Below, in pieces: positions 37,343 through 46,448 of a DNA stretch of 64,000 bases; positions within the stretch are counted from its first letter, which is position 1, and the number at the start of each line of letters is the position of its first letter. A program made the translations under genes and the position numbers. This DNA comes from an uncultured Pseudomonadales bacterium (GTDB lineage Bacteria; Patescibacteriota; Microgenomatia; UBA1400; PJMF01), in contig CAYSQA010000001.1 of assembly GCA_964433225.1 (NCBI GenBank), positions 55,598 through 119,597 of the forward strand, written 5' to 3'. The notes under the pieces were generated by a model. That model did no database searches and was not told the origin of the DNA. It was given only the letters and a program-made list of their open reading frames with translations.

Positions 37343-38205
37343 TCTACTCCTTGCATCAAGTCAAACTCAGTTTTTAATCTTAATGATTTTTCACCCAAAT
37401 GATCTAGGCTTTTCTTGAAAAAATCATCTCCCAAAATCACCCATTTATCTGCGCCAATTTGTTTAAAAAGATTATTTTGCACGATAGAATCTAACTCTTT
37501 GGTAATTTTTCGTTGCAAAGAACTAGCAAGCGGTTCAACATCTTTAAAAAGAAAACTCATTGTTTGTAAATCTTTAGTACGACTATTTCTACCGCGAACA
37601 ACTAAAGAAAATTTTTCTCCTTGATTACCAATCTCTTGATACAAAGCAAAAGCTACTTTTTCTGCAAGTTCAAATAAATGTTTCTCTCTAAAAAAATAAA
37701 TCGTTTCATCAATCGCTTCTCTCAGTGAATAGTAAACTATAAAACTTTGCTGAGCAGCCCGATCAAAAACTCCAATTTCACTAATTTCTTGGCCAATATA
37801 CACAAAACTACCTTTGTCTAGGTCTTGCTTGGCTAAAAAAGCTCTAAATGCCGTAGCATAATTAATTAACTCAACACCAAAAAATCCGGCTTGTTTGAAT
37901 AGTTTGGTAAAAAGCTCTCTTTCCAGAGGAGAGCTATTGGTAGGAATAAAAATAATTGCTTTATTTCTAACCAATAAATTACCAAAATCGATGTTGTTTT
38001 CTTGACAAATTTTTTTAATACTAGCCAAAGCTTGAGTAAAATCTGCAACCTTGTTTTCAATAAAACCAGTGGCAGTATTAAATTGGTGAACCTTACGTTT
38101 TTTTGCAGTAACTACCAAAATACTCTGACCATTAATCCAAAATAGAGTCTGGGGGTTCTGATTATTTTGAGTAGAAAAAAACTTAAAACTAGGTAACTTT
38201 CTCAT
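37333..38205 (-). CDS. MreB-like actin-fold protein with degenerate nucleotide-binding motifs
   Basis: Sequence aligns block-wise with MreB: AIIFIPTNSSPLERELFTKLFKQAGFFGVELINYATAFRAFL matches the MreB phosphate-2/connect region, and VRGRN is conserved. DIGGGTTE is replaced by YIGQEISE, LTGGGALL by ILGDDFFK, and the N-terminal DLGTANT is absent. Sits in the mreB position upstream of mreCD. Confidence 0.6.
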   Translation of the reverse strand: MRKLPSFKFFSTQNNQNPQTLFWINGQSILVVTAKKRKVHQFNTATGFIENKVADFTQALASIKKICQENNIDFGNLLVRNKAIIFIPTNSSPLERELFTKLFKQAGFFGVELINYATAFRAFLAKQDLDKGSFVYIGQEISEIGVFDRAAQQSFIVYYSLREAIDETIYFFREKHLFELAEKVAFALYQEIGNQGEKFSLVVRGRNSRTKDLQTMSFLFKDVEPLASSLQRKITKELDSIVQNNLFKQIGADKWVILGDDFFKKSLDHLGEKSLRLKTEFDLMQGVEWL

Positions 38206-38251
38206 CTATCTGAGATTAGCAGACTTGAAACAAAATAACAAACCAACCAGC

Positions 38252-39178
38252 CTAAAGAGAATTCAGCAGTTTTGTGCCACTACGCCAACGACCAGCTTTA
38301 AAATGCTGCTCGGCTTCATCTAATTTCGTTTGGTCTTGGTTGTTCTGCTTGAAGCTTTCCCTAATTCCTACCAACCTTTCCCAAAGCATATCTTCTTTTA
38401 AAGCTAAAGCCTTCTCTAGCATGATCTCCTCAATATCTGGAACAAACTGCTCAATCTTCTCAATTAAAGCAGCTTGTCTCTTCTCTTCAGCCAAACTAAC
38501 ATCATTTTTAACCTTCTCGATTTCAGCCAATTCTGATTCAGTAACTAACAAAGCCAAATCTTTGGCCAAGAAATCATCCCACAAGGCTTGTTGGAGCTCA
38601 TCTAAAAATGATTCTTTTTCTTGGTCAGTGGCGTCACTTACTCCAAGTAAATCAAAAATGTTTTGTTCTTCAATACTTTCAGCCTCACTGACTGGCTGAT
38701 CAGCTTTAACTGACTCAGAAACAAGCGGTTGCTCAGCTTTGACTTTATTTTCCTCAGTAGCCAAAGCTTGTTCAAAACTAGTCAAAGAAACTTTGTCTGA
38801 AGCTGATTTCTCTTCTGGCTTGGCAGGTTGAGACCGCTTGGCCTCTGCCACTCGTTGTTTATATTTTTGTTCGTATGCTTCAAGAGCTTTTTCTAACTCG
38901 GCCAAAGGGTCAACTTGTTGAGCGGTCTGAATGGCCTCTTTAGTTTTATTTTCAGCCAATTGTTGCAAATTTTCGACATCAGCCAATTGCTGTGATTTTT
39001 GTTCATCTTTTTTAGTTTCAAATTCCGTCACTAACTCTTCTAGTTTTTTTAGTGGATCAAAATCAGCTTGCTTAGTGTTAGTCATTGGTTGAGAAGTGGA
39101 AGGCTGACTACCACTGGTAGGTGGAACATAAGAATCGACATAAGATTGGTTTTGATTGTTTAAGGCAGGATCTGACAT
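38252..39178 (-). CDS. hypothetical acidic coiled-coil protein
   Basis: 308 aa, E/Q/K/D-rich, predicted coiled coils. Upstream of the mre operon. Confidence 0.45.
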   Translation of the reverse strand: MSDPALNNQNQSYVDSYVPPTSGSQPSTSQPMTNTKQADFDPLKKLEELVTEFETKKDEQKSQQLADVENLQQLAENKTKEAIQTAQQVDPLAELEKALEAYEQKYKQRVAEAKRSQPAKPEEKSASDKVSLTSFEQALATEENKVKAEQPLVSESVKADQPVSEAESIEEQNIFDLLGVSDATDQEKESFLDELQQALWDDFLAKDLALLVTESELAEIEKVKNDVSLAEEKRQAALIEKIEQFVPDIEEIMLEKALALKEDMLWERLVGIRESFKQNNQDQTKLDEAEQHFKAGRWRSGTKLLNSL

Positions 39179-39274
39179 AGTTGTTGAAATAAACCTAGTT
39201 TTTAATGACTAACTAAATATAGCAGAAAATAGAACATTAGCTAAAGGCTCAATTGTGAGGTTACAATATAATCA

Positions 39275-41341
39275 ATGTTTATAAAAATCTTTAGTTTCCT
39301 CTATCACTGTCTGTTTTTAGTTACTCCTTTATTTTTTTTCTGGGGTAACAGTGAACTTTTCGAGTTAAATAAAATGTTATTTATTTATGTGGTAGCTGTT
39401 TTAGTTGCTGGTTTATGGTTAGTCAGATCAATTATCAATAAAAAAATTTATTGGAAAAATCACCCTTTAATCTGGTTAATTCTTACTTTTTTGGCTGGCC
39501 AAGTTATTTCCACTTTATTTTCTATCCACTGGCCAACTTCTTTGTGGGGTTACTATAGCCGACTCAATGGTGGCCTAATTTCTTCTCTAGCTTTTACTGT
39601 TCTAACTTTGGGTCTGTGGAATAATATTCCCAAAGAAAAACTACTTACTTTCTTTATTAGTCATGGTTTGGGTTTACTGTTAGTCAGTTTATATGCTTTA
39701 CCAGAACACTTTGGTTTTTCTCCTAGTTGCGTCCTACTTCACCAAACCTTTGATACCACTTGTTGGAAACAAGATGTCCAAACTAGAGTTTTTGGTACTT
39801 TTGGCCAACCAAATTGGCTAGCCAGTTATATTATTGGTGTTTTCCCCTTAGTGATTTTTCTTAGAGAACAATATAAAAACAAATTGCCCTGGTTAACAGA
39901 AATAACTTTAGTTATAGCTGGTTTAGTTGTTTGGTACACCAAATCTAGATCAGGTATTTTTGGCTTGATCCTAGTTGGTTTGTTAGTTGCTTTCCTTTAT
40001 TCATACAAAAAAATTAAAGTAATTAAAAAAATTTGGCAAAACAAACTCTTTTTGCCTTTTACCTTAATTTTCTCTATACTGGTAATAATCGTTGGCAGTT
40101 CTCTGCTCCACCAGAGGACACAAGACGATTTGCAACACCTTGACTTAGCCCAAGGTACTGATTCTTTTTCTATTAGAACTATTGTTTGGCAGGGAGCCAT
40201 CAAAGTGTGGCAACGCTATCCTTTGGTTGGTTCTGGACCAGCCACTTTTGCCTATAGTTTTTACCAAGATCGTCCTGCTCTACACAACCTAGTCTCGGAA
40301 TGGGATTTTTTGTATAACAAAGCTCACAATGAATTCCTCAACTATTTGGCTGAAACAGGTTTAATTGGCTTCTCTACTTATTCAATTTTTTTATTAGGCA
40401 CTCTCTATTTACTCTGGAAAAACGGTCATAAATACAAATCTTGGGCCAATTCAAGTTGGCTAGTGATGGTGAGTTTACTGGGTTTGTCTGCTGTCCATTT
40501 TTTTGGTTTCTCGATTGCTATCACTAACCTATTACTCTTCACTTTACCAGTGATTACGCTTAGTGATGACAACCAACTAGCAAAAAAAACCACAACTCAA
40601 CTTCCCCAAAAAGAAAGTTGGAAAATTACTAGTTGGTGGCAATACCTAGCTATCGTGCTAATAATCATAGTTGCCCTCAAATCACTAGTTTCACTGCTAA
40701 ATTTCTGGCAAGCTGACCGACTTTATAAAAAAAGCAAAGAACAACAAACATCGGCTCAATACTTGGCTGCGGCTAAATCTTTGGAACAGGCATTAGCATT
40801 ATCACCTCAAGAAGCACTTTTTTATGATGAGTTTGCCGATGTCTATAGCATCCTATCTTTTCAATATGGAGTAGTTAACAATCAAGAAGTTGCTCAACAA
40901 CTAGCTAAGGCTGCCATCGATAACTCTAACTACGCAATCTTGCTTAATCCTAGACACCTAAATTTCTATAAAACCAGAGCAAGAGTTTTCTTAGTTTTAG
41001 CTCAAAATGAACCAAAATATTATGTTGATGCTGAGCATACGCTGATTTCTGCCTTAGAATTAGCACCGACTGATGCCAAACTCTATTACAACTTAGGTTT
41101 AGTAAGAAAAGAAATGGCTAAAACCATCGAAGCTCAACAATCTTTAGAAAAAGCCGTAGAACTAAAACCCAACTATCTCAAAGCTAGAGAAGAGTTGGCC
41201 TCACTCTATGCTGAAACCAATCAACCCATTAAGTCTCTCGAGCAATTTTCCTTTATCCTCAGACATCTAGCCGTCGATGAAGCTAGTTTCTGGCAAAAAT
41301 ATTATCAAGTAGAAGCAACTGCTTCAGGAACAACTAACTAG
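39275..41341 (+). CDS. O-antigen ligase/polymerase (Wzy_C)-like membrane protein with C-terminal TPR repeats
   Basis: ~12 TM. Wzy_C-like periplasmic loop (NKAHNEFLNYLAETGLIGF). C-terminal TPR-like repeats (ALEQALALSP..., YYNLGLV...KAVELKPNY). Confidence 0.65.
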   Translation: MFIKIFSFLYHCLFLVTPLFFFWGNSELFELNKMLFIYVVAVLVAGLWLVRSIINKKIYWKNHPLIWLILTFLAGQVISTLFSIHWPTSLWGYYSRLNGGLISSLAFTVLTLGLWNNIPKEKLLTFFISHGLGLLLVSLYALPEHFGFSPSCVLLHQTFDTTCWKQDVQTRVFGTFGQPNWLASYIIGVFPLVIFLREQYKNKLPWLTEITLVIAGLVVWYTKSRSGIFGLILVGLLVAFLYSYKKIKVIKKIWQNKLFLPFTLIFSILVIIVGSSLLHQRTQDDLQHLDLAQGTDSFSIRTIVWQGAIKVWQRYPLVGSGPATFAYSFYQDRPALHNLVSEWDFLYNKAHNEFLNYLAETGLIGFSTYSIFLLGTLYLLWKNGHKYKSWANSSWLVMVSLLGLSAVHFFGFSIAITNLLLFTLPVITLSDDNQLAKKTTTQLPQKESWKITSWWQYLAIVLIIIVALKSLVSLLNFWQADRLYKKSKEQQTSAQYLAAAKSLEQALALSPQEALFYDEFADVYSILSFQYGVVNNQEVAQQLAKAAIDNSNYAILLNPRHLNFYKTRARVFLVLAQNEPKYYVDAEHTLISALELAPTDAKLYYNLGLVRKEMAKTIEAQQSLEKAVELKPNYLKAREELASLYAETNQPIKSLEQFSFILRHLAVDEASFWQKYYQVEATASGTTN

Positions 41342-41989
41342 ATGACTACTCAACAAATATTTGACCATTTTAATATTCCACCAGGTTTACAACAGCACAT
41401 GTATACCGTGGCTGGAGTTGGTAAATATATTACAGATAACTGGCTTGGAGAAAAAATTAATCAACAAGCAATAGTAACTGCACTACTAATCCACGATTTA
41501 GGCAACTTAGTTAAGTTCGATTTATCACCTGGAGCCAAAGTTTATGACCCAACTTTGGCTACTGATCAATGGCGTAAAAACCAACAAATAATGATTGAGC
41601 AATATGGTTCAGACGCTCACCAAGCCACCTTAATTATGGCCAAAAAAATAATCAGTGACCCCTTAGTTTTAAAGTTAATTAATAGTATGGATGCGACTAA
41701 CCTGGTTAAGACTTTCAACCAAAGCTGGGAAGAGAAAATTTGTGAATACGCCGACTTAAGAGTAACCCCATTTGGAATCACCTCTTTAGAAAACCGCTTA
41801 AACGACATCCACCAAAGATATAAACAACATTCCCAAGCCTGGGCTGATGAACAACTTTTAACCAAGAATAAGTCTTTTGGACAAAAAATTGAGCAACAGC
41901 TACAAACTAATACTAAAGTTGATATCATCACTATTCCAGCAGAAAAAATAGCCACTTATCTGGTAGAATTACCAGATTACCAAATTTAA
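41342..41989 (+). CDS. HD-domain phosphohydrolase
   Basis: HD motif (ALLIHDLGN). Confidence 0.55.
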   Translation: MTTQQIFDHFNIPPGLQQHMYTVAGVGKYITDNWLGEKINQQAIVTALLIHDLGNLVKFDLSPGAKVYDPTLATDQWRKNQQIMIEQYGSDAHQATLIMAKKIISDPLVLKLINSMDATNLVKTFNQSWEEKICEYADLRVTPFGITSLENRLNDIHQRYKQHSQAWADEQLLTKNKSFGQKIEQQLQTNTKVDIITIPAEKIATYLVELPDYQI

Positions 41990-41991
41990 AT

Positions 41992-42549
41992 ATGAAAATC
42001 ATTACTATTCCCCATCCAACTTTGCGAGAAAAGGCTAGCTTGGTGGAGAAAAATACCGATCAATTTAGCAAGTTTCTTGATGATTTAAAAGAAACTTTGC
42101 TTAATGCTGATAATCCCAAAGGAGTTGGCTTGGCCGCCCCTCAGGTCGATACTCTTTATCGAGTTTTCTTGACTTTGGTGGAGGATCACCAAAAAACTCC
42201 CCAAGAGTTTATTAATCCTGTTATCACTAAGCATAGTGACAAACAAACTTTCGGCCCAGATCCAGAAAATCCAAGATTAGAGGGCTGCTTATCAATGCCC
42301 GGCCTCTATGGACCAGTGCCTCGCTGGGAATGGGTAGAGCTTGAGTTTGAGAAAATCGAGAATGGTTTGTTTATTCCAGATAAACAAAAGTTTTTTGGCT
42401 TTCATGCCAGAGTTATCCAACATGAGATAGATCATCTGGACGGCATTTTATTTACTGACTATTCTCTTCAATATGACCTACCTGTTTATGTTGAAAAGAA
42501 AAAACAGCTAGTTGAAATCGAAGATCGTCGAGCTTTAGAGCTTTATTAA
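41992..42549 (+). CDS. def: peptide deformylase
   Basis: GVGLAAPQV, EGCLSMPG, QHEIDHLDG motifs. Confidence 0.9.
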   Translation: MKIITIPHPTLREKASLVEKNTDQFSKFLDDLKETLLNADNPKGVGLAAPQVDTLYRVFLTLVEDHQKTPQEFINPVITKHSDKQTFGPDPENPRLEGCLSMPGLYGPVPRWEWVELEFEKIENGLFIPDKQKFFGFHARVIQHEIDHLDGILFTDYSLQYDLPVYVEKKKQLVEIEDRRALELY

Positions 42550-42569
42550 TTAAGAACTCATAACTAAAT

Positions 42570-43454
42570 ATGTATAAAATCTGGATTGCCGGTTCTACTC
42601 ATCGCACCAAACAAGTCGCAGCAACTATTAAAGCTGATAAAAAATTCAGAATCGAGCTAGTGATGACTCCCCGACCTAGAAAAGTGGGTCGTAAACAAAT
42701 CACGACCATTAATCCTCTTCACCAGTTTGCTCTTGAACACCAAATCAAAACTGTTTTAGTCGATAAAAAAATTGATCAACAAGTTCACCAACAATTAAAA
42801 CAATTAACTCCACCAGATTTATTAATAGTGGTAGACTTTGGCTTTTGGATTCCAGACTGGTTATTAAAATTGCCCCAAAAAGCTCCTCTTAATATTCATC
42901 CTTCTCTTCTCCCTAAATGGCGAGGTAGTTCTCCAGGACAAAACGTCATTTTACATGGGGAAACTGAATCAGCGGTAACTTTGATGCAACTTATTAAACA
43001 AATGGATGCAGGACCTATTTTAGTTCAACTACCCTTTAAAGTTAAAGAAAACTGGAATAGTAATGATTATTATCAGTATGCCTTTGACTTAATTTGCCAA
43101 CAACTTACTACCTATTTAGTTGAGTTTTTAGAAGGAAAAATCACTCCCCAACCGCAACCACTTCACTCACCCACTCCTTTAGCCAGTAAAATTGCCAAAG
43201 ATCAGGCCTTTATTAACTGGGATGATTTAAGAAAAGCAATGGAAACAAATGAAAAAGCCAAACCAATAGAACGAGCGAGCAAAGCTTACTATCCATGGCC
43301 CAAACTTTGGACCAAAGTACCAACCAATAAGGGTGAAAAAAGATTAATTATTCACCAAGCTTCTATAAACAATACCAAATTAGTTTTGGACCAAGTTCAG
43401 TTGGAAGGCAAAGCTCTTACCAACTGGCAAGAAATTGAAAAGCAACTAGTCTAA
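42570..43454 (+). CDS. fmt: methionyl-tRNA formyltransferase
   Basis: SLLPKWRGSSPGQNVILHGE formyltransferase motif. def-fmt order. Confidence 0.88.
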   Translation: MYKIWIAGSTHRTKQVAATIKADKKFRIELVMTPRPRKVGRKQITTINPLHQFALEHQIKTVLVDKKIDQQVHQQLKQLTPPDLLIVVDFGFWIPDWLLKLPQKAPLNIHPSLLPKWRGSSPGQNVILHGETESAVTLMQLIKQMDAGPILVQLPFKVKENWNSNDYYQYAFDLICQQLTTYLVEFLEGKITPQPQPLHSPTPLASKIAKDQAFINWDDLRKAMETNEKAKPIERASKAYYPWPKLWTKVPTNKGEKRLIIHQASINNTKLVLDQVQLEGKALTNWQEIEKQLV

Positions 43455-43460
43455 ATTTGA

Positions 43461-43500
43461 GATAAAGAAAAACAGGCTCATCAAAGAGCCTGTTTAGTTT
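43461..43500. terminator. bidirectional rho-independent terminator between fmt (+) and the small zinc-ribbon gene (-)
   Basis: Perfect 10-bp stem AAACAGGCTC/GAGCCTGTTT flanked by an A-run upstream and a T-rich run downstream. Confidence 0.6.
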
Positions 43501-43520
43501 CACTTCTAACTAAGATTTAA

Positions 43521-43721
43521 TCAGCCTTTCATGCTGGCGATTTCTTCGGCAGTTGCAGGTCTGTAATGGAGCGGATGCTCACTACACTCAAGGTAGACTT
43601 GCTTAGGGAGATGTTTTGGAGAAACATTTCTCAACCGAAGATATCCACTGCAAAAAGGGCATGCTTCGTTCTCTTTAGAAGTCGCTGGCAAGCTCTTAGC
43701 GTCTTTTGTTGAAACAACCAT
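43521..43721 (-). CDS. small zinc-ribbon protein (66 aa), function unknown
   Basis: CPFC...C..H pattern. Strong RBS AGGAGGT 7 nt upstream of the ATG. Locally higher GC. Confidence 0.55.
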   Translation of the reverse strand: MVVSTKDAKSLPATSKENEACPFCSGYLRLRNVSPKHLPKQVYLECSEHPLHYRPATAEEIASMKG

Positions 43722-43824
43722 AGCTTACCTCCTTTTTTTCCATCATATGATTAAGAACGCAGTGTTCTTGATGATGGATTTAGTATTTTAACAAATAATT
43801 TTATTAATTCAAATTATGGGATAA

Positions 43825-43865
43825 AAAAACACCACTCTTGTTTAAGTGGCGTTTCAAACTACAGT
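43825..43865 (-). terminator. probable terminator after rpmB (hairpin + T7 on minus strand)
   Basis: Minus strand AACGCCACTTAAACAAGAGTGGTGTT then TTTTTTTATCCC. Confidence 0.45.
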
Positions 43866-43879
43866 AAAAAAATACTTAA

Positions 43880-44101
43880 TTACTCAGTAACTTGTTCTTT
43901 TTTATAATGAGAGGTGACACCAGACTTTTTGAGCATCCTCAACATTTTGGTTGGCACTCTAAAGCGTTTTTTGACACCATCGATACTAACAGTCACAGTG
44001 TGTAAATTATACTTAAATCCACGCTTTTTTCTGTTTTTAGCGTGTGATACAGAGTGACCAACATGAGACACTCTTGGAAATTTGAACGAAAATCTTTTCA
44101 T
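43880..44101 (-). CDS. rpmB: 50S ribosomal protein L28
   Basis: 73 aa. HAKNRKKRGFKYNLH...KRFRVPTKMLRMLKK matches the L28 pattern. Confidence 0.75.
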   Translation of the reverse strand: MKRFSFKFPRVSHVGHSVSHAKNRKKRGFKYNLHTVTVSIDGVKKRFRVPTKMLRMLKKSGVTSHYKKEQVTE

Positions 44102-44206
44102 AGCCAGAGTGGGATTGTAACATTTATCATTAAAATGAGCAAATAGCAGTTGGATTGGACTTTAATATAAAACTTTATTTCGTATAATAGTTATCCATCT
44201 TATTTT

Positions 44207-44824
44207 ATGTTAGAAATTTTATTTTCATCACCAATTGCCTTTATCATTATTTTTGGTGGTCTATTAATGTCGATTACCATCCATGAATTTGCTCACTGTT
44301 GGGTAACTGATAAACTTGGTGACCCCACTCCCAGAGCTAGAGGCAGATTAACTTTAGATCCTAGAGCCCATCTAGAACCACTCGGGGTCATTGCTATCCT
44401 TTTAACTAGGTTTGGCTGGGGTAAACCAGCTCCTTTTGACCCTTATAATTTGAAAAATCCTGTTAAAGATGCGGCTTTAATTGCTGCTGCAGGACCTCTT
44501 TCCAACATTATCGTAGCAGTCTTACTTTCTAGCTTACTTCAATTGGGTCTCGTTCCTTTTTTATGGTTACAACTGGCTATTTTTCAGATTATGGCTATCA
44601 ATATTATGTTGGCAGTTTTCAATTTGCTTCCTGTCTATCCTCTGGATGGGAGTAAAATTTTAATGGCTATTTTGCCTCAATCAACGGCCATGGAATACGA
44701 AAACATTATGACTAGATACGGGACAATCATTCTTCTTTTCTTGATCTTACCTTTTGGTGGAATTTCCCCAGCATCACAACTCCTATCACCAGTCATTAAC
44801 CTAATAATGGGGCTATTAATTTAA
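44207..44824 (+). CDS. M50-family (site-2 protease-like) zinc metalloprotease
   Basis: HEFAH (HExxH) in a TM helix and LNLLPVYPLDGSKIL (LDG motif). Confidence 0.85.
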   Translation: MLEILFSSPIAFIIIFGGLLMSITIHEFAHCWVTDKLGDPTPRARGRLTLDPRAHLEPLGVIAILLTRFGWGKPAPFDPYNLKNPVKDAALIAAAGPLSNIIVAVLLSSLLQLGLVPFLWLQLAIFQIMAINIMLAVFNLLPVYPLDGSKILMAILPQSTAMEYENIMTRYGTIILLFLILPFGGISPASQLLSPVINLIMGLLI

Positions 44825-45592
44825 AACCGTACCAATAAAATCTTGACCAGCCTTAAGCTTTTCCAAATTGGCTAGGTCTTTACTCACTAAAATTAAAGTA
44901 ATTCCATTTTCTTGAGCCAATTGAGCGGCTTTAAGGTCAAAAGGAGTATTAACTCCAGGTCGATGTTCTACTGCAAACTTTTCAAGGTATTCTGTTAAAG
45001 GAAGTTGCTTAATCAACTGACTTCTATCAAGCTCACCAGCTGGTGTCAAAGCAAACAACCCCGGCGTGTTACTAATATTAACCACTACTTTTGCACCTGT
45101 TTTGATTGCTGCTTCAACAGCTACATAATCGGTACTGAGACCTGGCTCTGTCCCACCTCTAATATAGATTTTTCCTGGTTCTAATTTGTCTTCTTTATTT
45201 TTGAGTTTGGATTTGCTCAATCTTTCCGCTGGAATACCATTTCTCAACAAAACAGCTAGTAAGGCTGCAGAGTTAGTTTCACTGACACCAATCCCAATAT
45301 AGTCAAGTTGGCGGTCATCAACATCATGCTCTCCTCCGAAACTTCTTGCATCATCCACTCTAACTCTAGCCACCGCTCCACCACCCACAATAATAGCGGT
45401 CGTATAATCTTCTTCAGCTAAATTTCTAAGAAAATCTAGCATCCCTGAAACAAAAACTCTGTCCAACTCAACTAAACTAGTTGCATCACACTCTTCTAGT
45501 TCTCCAAACAAAACACTTCCACCAACACTAGCTGTAAATTTTTTTTCCTTACTAAACAAAGGAACTGGTTTATTTTTTTCTGCCATATCCAT
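44816..45592 (-). CDS. amino-acid-kinase-family protein, archaeal-type UMP-kinase-like (putative pyrH)
   Basis: FTASVGGSVLF and AIIVGGGAVAR glycine-rich loops. Start moved to the Met preceded by GAAGGA (MDMAEKNK). Confidence 0.5.
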   Translation of the reverse strand: MDMAEKNKPVPLFSKEKKFTASVGGSVLFGELEECDATSLVELDRVFVSGMLDFLRNLAEEDYTTAIIVGGGAVARVRVDDARSFGGEHDVDDRQLDYIGIGVSETNSAALLAVLLRNGIPAERLSKSKLKNKEDKLEPGKIYIRGGTEPGLSTDYVAVEAAIKTGAKVVVNISNTPGLFALTPAGELDRSQLIKQLPLTEYLEKFAVEHRPGVNTPFDLKAAQLAQENGITLILVSKDLANLEKLKAGQDFIGTVLN

Positions 45593-45700
45593 TTTTCCTT
45601 CTGAGTATTCTAATCCTAAAAAGAAAAAAAAACAGAGAGATTTATTACAACTCAATAAATTATTTTAATTCATCGATAAACAGCAGTAAAAAAAATATCT

Positions 45701-46408
45701 TTGCTTGTTGGTGTGAAAATCTGTGTTTTTACTGATCAAAAACTTAGTAATTATTACTGTCAAAAATTAAACCAAAAATTTAACTGTCAATTCTTTAGCT
45801 TTAATCACTATGCTTTTAAATACCTTAGAAACAATAACCATAACTATGATTTGATTATTATCAAAGTAAGCAAATCATCTTTATATTTAAAAAAATGCCT
45901 AACAAGTTTAAAAACCAAACAGATCGATTTGCCAATTTTTCTTCATCTAAAAAAAAGCCATTCATCAGAAAGAGCTAATTATCTAAAAATGGGAGTCAAA
46001 GATTGTTTTTCGGGTCAAATTTGTTATGAAGAGCTTTTAATTAGAATTAAACTTTTTTCCGAAAATAAAGCAAACTTATTTGAACTGCGTGATGGGTTTT
46101 TTTGGCAAGATTTTCATTTTTGTTTTAAATCAAAAATAGCTACATATAAAGAAAAAGAAATAAAATTGAACAAAAAAGAGTTGCTATTACTGGCAGAGCT
46201 ATTAAAAAAATCAAATCGGGTCGTACCTCGCAGCATACTTTATGAAAAAATCTGGCAAAATGGCCACCACCCAAAGTCAAACTCTCTAGAGACCTATGTC
46301 TGTAGTTTGAGAAAAAAATTAAACAAAAAATGTGGCTTTCAATTGATAAAAACCGTTTGTGGCATTGGTTACAGAATCAAAATCCCTCCCAAAAAGGCCC
46401 CCTATTAG
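45701..46408 (+). CDS. OmpR/PhoB-family winged-helix transcriptional regulator with atypical (Asp-less) receiver-like domain
   Basis: C-terminal trans_reg_C (NKKELLLLAELLKK...RSILYEKIW...ETYVCSLRKKL...GYRI). At the phospho-acceptor position, DLIIIKVS has K where Asp is expected. TTG start. Confidence 0.6.
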   Translation: MLVGVKICVFTDQKLSNYYCQKLNQKFNCQFFSFNHYAFKYLRNNNHNYDLIIIKVSKSSLYLKKCLTSLKTKQIDLPIFLHLKKSHSSERANYLKMGVKDCFSGQICYEELLIRIKLFSENKANLFELRDGFFWQDFHFCFKSKIATYKEKEIKLNKKELLLLAELLKKSNRVVPRSILYEKIWQNGHHPKSNSLETYVCSLRKKLNKKCGFQLIKTVCGIGYRIKIPPKKAPY

Positions 46409-46448
46409 TAAGGAGGCCATTTTTTATAAAGTTAATTAAAAACTTACT

